From a virus (Duplodnaviria; Caudoviricetes), in IMG/VR virus record IMGVR_UViG_3300024232_000055, positions 1 through 31,726 of that record: a stretch of DNA of 31,726 nucleotides. One strand, 5' to 3'. The translations under genes were made by a program, and so were the position numbers. Below the pieces are notes generated by a model. That model was given only the letters and a program-made list of their open reading frames with translations, did not search any database and was not told the DNA's origin. Below, one piece after another: positions 1-7,889 of the stretch. Numbering within the stretch: position 1 is the stretch's first letter; every line of letters begins with the position of its first letter.

Positions 1-25
1 GTGGCGGCGGCCTGAGAGTGCGCTG

Positions 26-196
26 ATGTCGCCGGTTATGCTCATCGTGTTGGTCCTGCTCATCGTGCTGCTCTTCGGCGGCTTCTACGGCTACCGCGGC
101 GGCTACTACGGCGGGCCGTATTACGGCGGCGGGCTCGGCATCATCGGCATCGTGCTCGTCATCCTCATTATCCTCATCGTGCTTGGGCGCATCTGA
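26..196 (+). CDS. DUF3309-like small membrane protein (56 aa)
   Basis: Read by hand (below the ORF-track cutoff): MSPVMLIVLVLLIVLLFGGFYGYRGGYYGGPYYGGGLGIIGIVLVILIILIVLGRI. Two hydrophobic helices flank a Gly/Tyr loop and the protein ends in LGRI. TGATG overlap with the next ORF. Confidence 0.75.
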   Translation: MSPVMLIVLVLLIVLLFGGFYGYRGGYYGGPYYGGGLGIIGIVLVILIILIVLGRI

Positions 197-429
197 TGCC
201 GCGCTGGCGTGTCGAGATGCTGCCAACGCACCCAGGCGCTGCGCCCCCGCTCGAGATCGTCGAGGCCGAGAGTGTCGCGTTCAGCGGTGGTGTCGTGGTG
301 TTCATGGGCCTTGGTGTGATCGTGCGTGCTCTCGCGCCAGGCCAGTGGGCGCATCTGACGCTGCTCGAGGGCGACGACGAAGCCGTCGCGCAGGACCGCT
401 ACACCGCAGCCACGCAGGCGGCATCGTGA
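196..429 (+). CDS. hypothetical protein (77 aa)
   Basis: Coupled on both sides (TGATG at 194-198, GTGA at 426-429); GC3-rich codons. Confidence 0.65.
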   Translation: MPRWRVEMLPTHPGAAPPLEIVEAESVAFSGGVVVFMGLGVIVRALAPGQWAHLTLLEGDDEAVAQDRYTAATQAAS

Positions 430-1187
430 CGCGCATCGAGCACATAGGCGACGCGACGCTGTATCTGGCCGACTGTCGCGAGGTGCTGCCGACGCTTTCG
501 GAACTCGCAGCAATAGTCTGCGATCCACCATTCTTTACCCCAGCGGTGCACTATCAATCCCGCATCAGTTGGGGGCGCTCGTGGTCAGACCTGTCGGTGC
601 TTGGGGAATACTTCTTCCAGTTTGCGGCAATGGCCAAGCGCGCTCTGGCGGAGGAGGGCCATCTGTTCGTCTTCTGCCATGACGAAAGCTATCCGGTGTT
701 TTATCCCGGCGCCTACCGACTGTGGGACTTTACGAGCGCGCTGGTGTGGGACAAGACCCGCGTCGGGCTGGGTAAGATATTCAGGCACCAATATGAGATG
801 ATCCTGTGGGCATCGAATGCAGGAGCCTATGCAGCCTCTGACGGTAAGCTGCACAGCGACATTCTGCGTCATCCTCCGACATTTTCTGGCGACCGGGATC
901 ATCCCGTACAGAAACCGCCGGCGCTCATGGAAGAGTTGCTGACAGTTTGCACGCGGCCCGATGACGTTGTGGCTGACCTGTTCATGGGCAGCGGGACGAC
1001 CGGAGAGGCTGCCGTGCGGCTCGGGCGTTCGTTCGTGGGTGTGGAGCAGGAGCCGCGCTACTTCGACATAGCGTGTCGCCGGATCGAGCAGGCGCAGCGG
1101 CAGCGCGATCTGTTCGTCCATGCGCCCGTGCCGGTGCATCCGGTGGAGACGGAGATCGCCGACCTGTTCAGCGTCGCGGCGGACTAA
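426..1187 (+). CDS. orphan DNA N6-adenine/N4-cytosine methyltransferase (beta class)
   Basis: GTG start at 426 overlaps the upstream stop. Motifs LYLADC, catalytic DPPF, HPVQKP, SAM-binding DLFMGSGTT and GVEQEPRYFDIACRRI occur in beta-class order. Confidence 0.92.
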   Translation: MTRIEHIGDATLYLADCREVLPTLSELAAIVCDPPFFTPAVHYQSRISWGRSWSDLSVLGEYFFQFAAMAKRALAEEGHLFVFCHDESYPVFYPGAYRLWDFTSALVWDKTRVGLGKIFRHQYEMILWASNAGAYAASDGKLHSDILRHPPTFSGDRDHPVQKPPALMEELLTVCTRPDDVVADLFMGSGTTGEAAVRLGRSFVGVEQEPRYFDIACRRIEQAQRQRDLFVHAPVPVHPVETEIADLFSVAAD

Positions 1188-1213
1188 ATCAACCAACAAC
1201 ACGGAGGCTTCAC

Positions 1214-1930
1214 GTGCGACATCTCCTGCCCATGGCAGCGGCGCTGGCCGCCCTCGCCACGCCTGCCTATGCCACGCTGCAAATCGCCGCACAGTTCGGC
1301 GGCGGCTCGTTCTTCTGCGTCGATAACAACATCACATGCGACAGCAATCCGGCCACCGGCACCATGCAGCTCGCCAACCTGGTCATTGGCGGTGTCGCCG
1401 TTAATGGCAGTGTGCAGGCCAGCACGGGTGCATCGTCCGGCCCGGCGCTCACCGACATCCTCAACACCTCGTCGCTGTCGGTGACCAACAACAACGCTGG
1501 CGCGGTGAGTTATGACATCGCGATATCAGACACCGGTTTTACTGCGCCTGTCAGCACTTTCTCCACGGCGCTATCCGGTGTGTGGCAGTCTGCGGCAGGC
1601 AGCAGCATCACTGCCAGTTTCTACAATGACGTCACGAACCAGCAGGGCGCCGACACGCCCACCGACCATCCGGGTGTGGTCGTGGACACTTTCTCGCAGA
1701 ACGTGACGCAGGTGGCCGACAGCTTCAGCCAGAACAACAGCGGGGCGTTCGTCGCCACCGCGCCGTTCAGCATGACGCTGTTCAGCACCGGCACGCTGTC
1801 GGCGGGTGCCGTGCTGCTCAACCGCGGGCAGACGGAGCTGCTCAGCGTGACGGTGCCGGAGCCGGCTTCGCTGGCGCTGCTGGGGCTCGGGATCCTCGGG
1901 ATTGGCCTGGCGCGGCGTTTTCAGACGTAG
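1214..1930 (+). CDS. PEP-CTERM exosortase-sorted surface protein (238 aa)
   Basis: GGAGG at 1203-1207 and GTG start at 1214. Signal peptide MRHLLPMAAALAALATPAYA, S/T/N-rich Lys-free body, and C-terminal VPEPASLALLGLGILGIGLARRFQT (PEP + TM + basic). Confidence 0.92.
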   Translation: MRHLLPMAAALAALATPAYATLQIAAQFGGGSFFCVDNNITCDSNPATGTMQLANLVIGGVAVNGSVQASTGASSGPALTDILNTSSLSVTNNNAGAVSYDIAISDTGFTAPVSTFSTALSGVWQSAAGSSITASFYNDVTNQQGADTPTDHPGVVVDTFSQNVTQVADSFSQNNSGAFVATAPFSMTLFSTGTLSAGAVLLNRGQTELLSVTVPEPASLALLGLGILGIGLARRFQT

Positions 1931-1934
1931 GAAG

Positions 1935-1964
1935 TGGCGATCAAACGACCGTTTGATCCAGCCA
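1935..1964. other. hairpin downstream of PEP-CTERM gene
   Basis: TGGC-GATCAAAC-gacc-GTTTGATC-ca-GCCA. There is no U-tract, so it is not a clear intrinsic terminator. Confidence 0.5.
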
Positions 1965-2169
1965 AAGCAACTGAAAGCGCCGGTAAACGGCCGTCCATGA
2001 GCGAGCGGCGCACAATGCGGATGCAGGGCGTCATCGAGGGTTGAGCGCTACCGGCGAGGTATTGGCGGCTCCGCCGGCCCTCTACTCGCGCACCGGGAAA
2101 CGCCCTCCCGCTCACTCATGGCTGGCTGGCCGCCAGAAACCGGGTGCAGCCGTCCGCACCTAGTTGCTT
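1965..2169. ncRNA. candidate structured ncRNA or structured element, family unrecognised
   Basis: Nested pairings 1965-72/2162-69, 1980-84/2139-43, 1995-2008/2108-21 (13/14), 2025-31/2100-06 and 2036-43/2075-82, plus local hairpins; no convincing ORF. Confidence 0.55.
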
Positions 2170-2196
2170 ACCACGCCTGACGCAGGAGTGCCTTGA

Positions 2197-2397
2197 TTGG
2201 TCGCCACAATCACCGAAACCCGCGAGCAACGTCTGGAGACGGCCCTGAAGACGCTATTGCTATGGCGCGCGGCGGTGAACCATGACCCGCACGCTCTGGT
2301 CGATGTCTGTGATCCAGAGGGTGTCGCGCTATCGCTGTTCAACGGCCCGGCGTGGGACGCGGCCGAGATGGCACTGGGTGAAACACGAGTGCCTTAA
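2197..2397 (+). CDS. hypothetical protein (66 aa)
   Basis: AGGAG 8 nt upstream of a TTG start; 4-nt convergent overlap with the next gene. Confidence 0.55.
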   Translation: MVATITETREQRLETALKTLLLWRAAVNHDPHALVDVCDPEGVALSLFNGPAWDAAEMALGETRVP

Positions 2398-2750
2398 TCG
2401 GCGATCCGGCCACGCAGCCTCGCCGCCAACCGCTCTAGCAGCGCCGCCAACTCCGCTGCGTCCAGGGCATCCTCACCCTCGATCTTGCGGGTGTCGTAGC
2501 CCTCCCGGTCCGTCATCCACTGTTCCACCAACTCGGCCAGCGGCACAGTCAGCGGCATCTCGTGCTCGAACAACCCCATGATGATCGTGCCGTCAGTCTC
2601 GATGTTGGCCATCGTCTGCTCGGCCACCATCCGCAGCACCACCTTCGCCACGGCCACCGGGCGAGGGTCATCGCCCCAGGCCCATCGCTCCAGGTCCGAC
2701 GCGATCTGCTCGTCCGTGACGTTGAAGCTCACGCCCCATTCATTCCGCAT
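2394..2750 (-). CDS. hypothetical acidic protein (118 aa)
   Basis: Protein-like composition, GC3-rich codons and GAGG upstream on the minus strand. Confidence 0.65.
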   Translation of the reverse strand: MRNEWGVSFNVTDEQIASDLERWAWGDDPRPVAVAKVVLRMVAEQTMANIETDGTIIMGLFEHEMPLTVPLAELVEQWMTDREGYDTRKIEGEDALDAAELAALLERLAARLRGRIAD

Positions 2751-2776
2751 AGCCGGTTAACCTCACACACCCACCC

Positions 2777-4090
2777 ATGAAGCTCGAAGTCCCGTTCAGC
2801 CCGCGCGAGTGGCAAATTCCTTTAATTGATGATCCCGCCCAGCGCATCGTGGCCGTGGTGCATCGCCGTGCCGGCAAGAGCACCGCCCTGATGTGGCGCG
2901 GGCTGCGCAAGGGCATCCTCGACAAGCGGCCAGGCGCCCGTGTGGTGCATCTGCTGCCCTACGGCGTGCAGTGGCAGCGCACCGGCCTCTGGGACCAGTT
3001 GGTCAAGGCCGCAGAGTCCATCCCGGACGCCCAGGTCCGGCGCTCCGAGATGGCGATCCGGCTGCCGAGTGGATGCGTCTATCAATGCGGCGGCTGCGAT
3101 AACCCGGACGTGTGGCGCGGTGGCGGCGCCATCGAGATCATCGTGGATGAGTATGACGACACCTCGCCTGGCTTGATGCTCGTCATCGAGCCGATGCTGT
3201 CCAACACCGAGGGCGTGCTGATCCGGTCTGGCACACCGAAGGGCCGCGGCTTGCTGCAGGAGGCATACGACCGGGCACGCACCACGCCTGGCTACAGCTC
3301 GTATCTGCTCGACTACACCAAGACCGGCGCGCTGTCCGCGAGCGCCATCGAGACGCTCAGGCGCGAGCTCAGCGAGGAGGAGTTCCAGCAGGAACTGTGC
3401 TGTAGCTTCGAGTCTCCCAACTCGGGCAGCTACTACGGCAAGCTGATGCAGGCAGCCGAAGCGGAAGGCCGCATCACCTCGGTGCCCTACGATCCAGAGC
3501 TGCCGGTGTGGACCGCTTGGGATTTAGGTATTTCGGACTCGACCGCCATCTGGTTCGCGCAGGTGACGTGGACCGGCCAGTGGCGCTTCATCGACTACAT
3601 CGAGGACTCGGGCGCTGGATTGACGCATTACACCGACCAGATACGCGCCAAGCCCTACCGCAATTACGCGATGCACCTACTGCCGCACGACGCCGCAGTG
3701 AAGGAGTTGGGCAGCGGCATGTCACGGACGGAGGTGCTGACGAGCCTCGGGCTGCAGCCGTGGCGCATCGTCCGACAGCACTCGGTGGCCGATGGGATAA
3801 ACGCCGTCAGGATGGTGCTGCCCAAGGCGTGGTTCGATGCGGAGAAGTGCGCGCGCGGTATCAATGCGTTGCGGCACTATCGGCGCGAATGGAACGAGGC
3901 CGGGCAGACGTGGCGGTCGTCGCCCGTGCATGACCACGCATCGCATGGTGCAGACAGTTGTAGATACATGGCGCTTGGCGTGCGTGAGATGCAGCCGCCG
4001 CGCGTTGTGCAGGATACCGCTGATAGCTGGGAACGAGCGTGGCGTGCGCAGTCGCAGCGGGAGCGCGCCGCAGCCTGGCGCGTGGCATGA
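2777..4090 (+). CDS. terL: terminase large subunit
   Basis: Adenine-binding PREWQ, Walker A HRRAGKST, Walker B IIVDEY, coupling motif SGTPKG, nuclease AWDLGISDSTAIW and HDHASHGADS. Confidence 0.96.
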   Translation: MKLEVPFSPREWQIPLIDDPAQRIVAVVHRRAGKSTALMWRGLRKGILDKRPGARVVHLLPYGVQWQRTGLWDQLVKAAESIPDAQVRRSEMAIRLPSGCVYQCGGCDNPDVWRGGGAIEIIVDEYDDTSPGLMLVIEPMLSNTEGVLIRSGTPKGRGLLQEAYDRARTTPGYSSYLLDYTKTGALSASAIETLRRELSEEEFQQELCCSFESPNSGSYYGKLMQAAEAEGRITSVPYDPELPVWTAWDLGISDSTAIWFAQVTWTGQWRFIDYIEDSGAGLTHYTDQIRAKPYRNYAMHLLPHDAAVKELGSGMSRTEVLTSLGLQPWRIVRQHSVADGINAVRMVLPKAWFDAEKCARGINALRHYRREWNEAGQTWRSSPVHDHASHGADSCRYMALGVREMQPPRVVQDTADSWERAWRAQSQRERAAAWRVA

Positions 4091-4109
4091 TAGACCTGCC
4101 GGGCCGGGG

Positions 4110-4186
4110 GCCTCTCCCGAGGCTGTAACCAAGCGTGTGGTCACCGAGCGCTCCGGTTCGCCGGTTCGGTGACAGGAACCCACAGC
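4110..4186 (+). promoter_or_regulatory. structured leader between terL and portal
   Basis: Hairpin GCCTC-tccc-GAGGC (4110-4123). Stem GTCACCGAGC/GTTCGGTGAC (4140-49/4164-73) capped by CGG-TTCG-CCG and extendable by TGTG/CACA. Confidence 0.45.
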
Positions 4187-4196
4187 GATTGATCCG

Positions 4197-6377
4197 ATGA
4201 GCGTAACACTCGCAGCACCGCAGGAGCGCTACGGGGCCAACCGCCTCGCAGGCGACATCGGGCCGGGCAGCAATGACCCGGCAGCGCTCGTTGACGTGTA
4301 TCCCGGAGATATCGACGAACTGCACACGCGCCTCGTGCAGTGGTTCGAGGATGCCGAGTATGCCTCACGCGAAGAACGCGAGGACGCCAACAAGGCAAGA
4401 AGCTATTATGACGGTTTCCAATGGACCAAGGCCGAGCAGGATGCGCTCGCCAAGCGCGGCCAGCCGGAAATTACCATCAACAAGATCCACAGCAAGGTCT
4501 CGCTGCTGTGCGGCCTGGAGCGCAAGGCGCGCACGGATCCCAAGGCATTTCCGCGCACACCGCAGGAGGAAGACCGCGCCGACGCCGCCACACAGGCACT
4601 GAGGTTCATCGCCGACAACAACGACTATTCCATCAGCCGCAGCGTCGTGTTCGAGGAGATGCTGGTGGAGGGCTACTCCGGCGTGGAACTGCGGCTGGAG
4701 GACGACGGCCGCGGCGGCGCCGATATCCGCATCGAGCATGTGCCGTGGGACCGGCTGTTCTACGATCCGCACTCGCGCCGTCCTGACTTCTCCGATGCAC
4801 GCTATGTCGGCGTCGTGGTCTGGATGGACCGCGAGCAGGTCACCGAGATGTATCCAGATGCTGACGACGTGATCGAGGCGTCGTTCGGCACCGGCAGTGG
4901 TGTCTCATTCGGTAGCTACAACGACCGACCGGAGAACGCGGTGTGGTCGGACAACCGGCGCACCCGCGTGCGCGTTGTGCAGTGCCACTGGGTGAGCAAC
5001 GGGACGTGGTGGCAGGCGACATACAGCAAGAGCGGCATGCTGACCGACCCGGTGGCCTCGCCGTTCAAGGACCGCCGCGGCAAGTCGGCATGCTCGTTGC
5101 TGCTTCAGTCGGCCTACATCGACCGCGAGAATCGCCGCTATGGCATGGTCAAGAACTTGTTGTCGCTGCAGGACGAGATCAACAAGCGGCGCAGCAAGGC
5201 GCTGCACCTGCTCTCCGTGCATCAGACGATTGCCGAGAAGGGCGCGGTGAAGGACGTGGACGCGGCGCGGCAGGAATTGGCGCGGCCTGACGGTTATCTC
5301 GAGGTCAACGCCGGCATGCGGTTCGAGGTGTTGCCCGGTGGCGAACTGGCAGCCGGACAGTTCCAACTATTGCAGCACGCGACGGCCGAGATGCAGTTGT
5401 CCGGGCCGAATGCGGCGATGTCCGGCACTGACAGCCGCGAGCTGTCCGGGCGCGCGATCCTGGCACAGCAGGCGGGCGGGGCGACGCAGAACGAGCCGCT
5501 GGCCGACAGCCTGCGCTGGTGGAGCCGGCGCGTTTACGAGATGGCGTGGATGGCAGCGCGCGAATACTGGACCGGTGAGCGCTGGCTGCGCGTGACCGAC
5601 GACCTGGGCGAACTGCGCTGGGTCGGGTTGAACCACCCGGTGACGCTCGGCGAGCAGATGGCGAAGCAGATTGCGCAGATGCCGGAGCAGCAGCAGCAGA
5701 TGGCGCTGCAGCAACTGCAGCAGGCGGCAGGCAATCCGCAGATGGCGATGCAGTTGCAACAGGTCGTCGATATCGAGAACGACATCACCGACCTCGATGT
5801 GGATATCACGATAAGCGAGGGCATCGACGTGCCCGCGATGGCTCAGGAGAACTTCCAGACACTGGTGCAGCTCGCCGGCATGCAGCCGGGGCTGATCCCG
5901 CCAGAGGTGCTGATCGCCGCGAGCAGTCTGCGCGATAAAGATCAGTTGCTCGCGATGATGAAGCAGCACGCCGAGGCGCAGGCGCAGAAACAGCAGCGCA
6001 TGCAGCCGCTGATCGAGCGCAACGCGGTCGCAGAGGTGTCGGGCAAGGAGGCCAAGGCCGCAGCGGACTTCGCACTGGCCAAGGAGCGCGGCGTCAACTC
6101 GGTCAAGAACCTGCATTCGATGCATTCCGACTTTTCGGCACCGCCAGCGGGACAGCCGTGGGTGGCGCCGGATGCGCCGTCCGCGCCCGGTACGGCAGGC
6201 GGTGTGCCGCCGCTGACGCCGATGGATCTCGCGCACCAGTTCGCCGACCTGCACACCAAGCGCGCCGATCTCGAGGCCAAGCAGGCCAAGGCGGCGAGTG
6301 ACCGGGCGTCCGTCGTGCAGAAGCTGGCGCAGGCGCAGGCCACGCTTAACCCGCCGCCACCGCGTCCACAGCAATAA
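4197..6377 (+). CDS. portal protein (P22-like)
   Basis: Follows terL; motifs YYDGFQWT, RGQPEITINKI, DPHSRRPDFSDARY, QDEINKRRSK and SGRAILAQQ; 726 aa. Confidence 0.93.
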   Translation: MSVTLAAPQERYGANRLAGDIGPGSNDPAALVDVYPGDIDELHTRLVQWFEDAEYASREEREDANKARSYYDGFQWTKAEQDALAKRGQPEITINKIHSKVSLLCGLERKARTDPKAFPRTPQEEDRADAATQALRFIADNNDYSISRSVVFEEMLVEGYSGVELRLEDDGRGGADIRIEHVPWDRLFYDPHSRRPDFSDARYVGVVVWMDREQVTEMYPDADDVIEASFGTGSGVSFGSYNDRPENAVWSDNRRTRVRVVQCHWVSNGTWWQATYSKSGMLTDPVASPFKDRRGKSACSLLLQSAYIDRENRRYGMVKNLLSLQDEINKRRSKALHLLSVHQTIAEKGAVKDVDAARQELARPDGYLEVNAGMRFEVLPGGELAAGQFQLLQHATAEMQLSGPNAAMSGTDSRELSGRAILAQQAGGATQNEPLADSLRWWSRRVYEMAWMAAREYWTGERWLRVTDDLGELRWVGLNHPVTLGEQMAKQIAQMPEQQQQMALQQLQQAAGNPQMAMQLQQVVDIENDITDLDVDITISEGIDVPAMAQENFQTLVQLAGMQPGLIPPEVLIAASSLRDKDQLLAMMKQHAEAQAQKQQRMQPLIERNAVAEVSGKEAKAAADFALAKERGVNSVKNLHSMHSDFSAPPAGQPWVAPDAPSAPGTAGGVPPLTPMDLAHQFADLHTKRADLEAKQAKAASDRASVVQKLAQAQATLNPPPPRPQQ

Positions 6378-6395
6378 CAGGGAGACTGGCTAGCC

Positions 6396-7232
6396 GTGGC
6401 TAATCCAAAGCTTGAGGCGTTCCTGGCTGCGAATGAGCCGGAGGCGCCACCCGCGCCCACACAGGCGCCAGAGCCGCCCGCCGCACCGCCGGCATCTGAA
6501 CCGGCACCCGAGCCTAAGCCGGCCCCAGCGCCCTCTGAGGCGCCGGACGCACCGGATGACGATGCGGACGTGCCTGGCGGACCATCGGTGCCGCGCCAGG
6601 CGCTGCTCGACGAGCGCAGCAAGCGACAGGACTGGAAGGACCGGGCGGCCCGCGCCGAGACGCTGGCCGAGCAGCGACGCCAGCAGCTTGAGCAGTTGCA
6701 GAAGGAGCGGGAGGCGTCGGCACGGCCACAGCAGGCGGAGCCGCAGTTTCAGTTCGCTGATCCGCAGCGCGAACCGGCGCTCTATGCGGCACAGCAGGCG
6801 CAGAATGCGGTTTACAACACCAGCGAGCTTCTGGCGCGGCAACTGCACGGCGACGAGGTGGTGGACAAAGCGGTGCAGGAGTTCATCGGGCTGGCGCAAC
6901 AGGATCCGATGCTCTGGAACAAGATGCAGCAGCAGCGCCATCCGTTCGAGTGGGTGCGGCGCGAGGTCGAACGCCAGAAGCTGCTGCGCGAGATCGAAGA
7001 CCCGGAGCAATACAAGGCCAAGCTCCGTGCCGAGTGGGAAGCGGAGCGGGCCGCGCAGATGCCGCCTGCTGTCGCCACACCGACCAACATGCCGCCGCCG
7101 AACATGCCGCCGTCATTGGCCGGCGTGCGCAGCGTCGCCGGACGCGCCGCACAGGCATGGACCGGCCCGCCGTCCGACCAGCAGATCGCTGCCGACATCC
7201 GGGCTCACCGCATGTCGATGCGTCAGCGATGA
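6396..7232 (+). CDS. capsid scaffolding protein
   Basis: Lies between portal and capsid; Pro-rich N-terminus, VPRQALLDERSKRQ coiled coil and PPSLAG..S C-terminal motif. Confidence 0.8.
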   Translation: MANPKLEAFLAANEPEAPPAPTQAPEPPAAPPASEPAPEPKPAPAPSEAPDAPDDDADVPGGPSVPRQALLDERSKRQDWKDRAARAETLAEQRRQQLEQLQKEREASARPQQAEPQFQFADPQREPALYAAQQAQNAVYNTSELLARQLHGDEVVDKAVQEFIGLAQQDPMLWNKMQQQRHPFEWVRREVERQKLLREIEDPEQYKAKLRAEWEAERAAQMPPAVATPTNMPPPNMPPSLAGVRSVAGRAAQAWTGPPSDQQIAADIRAHRMSMRQR

Positions 7233-7801
7233 CGGACAAACTTGCCGTGGAGCTTGTCCGCTGCGGCTTCACGGGCGGCCTTGGCTTCTTCGATGGTTTC
7301 AAAAAGCCCAAGATGCAGGGCCTTCTTGTTAACCGTGACATGCGCAAGCCATCGACCAGCTTTCTTTGACCATGACACACCCTTAACGCCGGATTTGTTA
7401 TCTTGGCGTAGGCCGCGGTTCATGGAGTTTTGCGAGTTTGTGGCTAAGCGGAGATTCACAATTCGGTTGTCGGTAGAGTTGCCATTGATGTGGTCAATCT
7501 GCCGGTCTGGCTATTTCCCATACACATACAGCCACGCCAAACGATGGGCGCGATAGACGCGCTTCTTGACGCCGAGGACGATGTAAGTGCGCTTCTGTTT
7601 GCCGCGCGTTGTCGTGCCAAGACCGACGAAGATGTAATCGATCCCGTTTTCTCGGGTGCGTCCCCTCGTCCCGGCCGGTAGTCCAGCGCGCCAGTGGCCA
7701 GTGCCCTCTTTCCACCGAAAGAGGCCGGTATCAGGGTCGTAATGAAGAACGGCGCGGAGTTGCTCCGCAGTCAGTCCGACGTCAATGAATGGCTTAGCCA
7801 C
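7223..7801 (-). pseudogene. HNH-AP2 homing endonuclease with in-frame amber stop
   Basis: ORFs 7511..7801 and 7223..7459 share one frame: LHYDPDTGLFRW...[35 protein letters not shown]...SGVKGV...HLGLF. The TAG at 7511-7513 sits where the family normally has Trp (TGG). Confidence 0.88.
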
Positions 7802-7832
7802 GATTCTGCTCCCTTAAAGCAGTGACTGGTCA

Positions 7833-7866
7833 GGGGTTGGGTGCTGCTCGAACAGCATCCATCCCC
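7833..7866. other. 14-bp hairpin in the 5' region of the HNH-AP2 cassette
   Basis: GGGGTTGGGTGCTG-ctcgaa-CAGCATCCATCCCC; an extended -10-like TGTGGTATTGA lies just upstream on the minus strand. Confidence 0.5.
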
Positions 7867-7889
7867 GCCTTCAATACCACACATTCCGC

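Noticed and set aside
183-425. N-terminal extension of the methyltransferase, and likewise the listed starts at 1073, 13980, 15272, 16990, 18402 and 14040
   Set aside because: These overlap better-supported neighbouring genes; downstream coupled or RBS-backed starts fit the family boundaries.
1965-2169. Hammerhead ribozyme or retron ncRNA
   Set aside because: CTGAAAG does not match the CUGANGA core and the stems do not fit; no reverse transcriptase lies in the window.
4110-4186. tRNA or HDV-like ribozyme
   Set aside because: No cloverleaf with D and T arms; no P1 partner or GG for P1.1 after the GCC/GGC hairpin.
5367-7332. Long alternative ORFs (5367..6374 -, 5942..6622 -, 6412..7332 +) and similar ones elsewhere
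   Set aside because: Shadow frames of GC-rich genes, Arg/Ala/Pro-rich, with no motifs or RBS.
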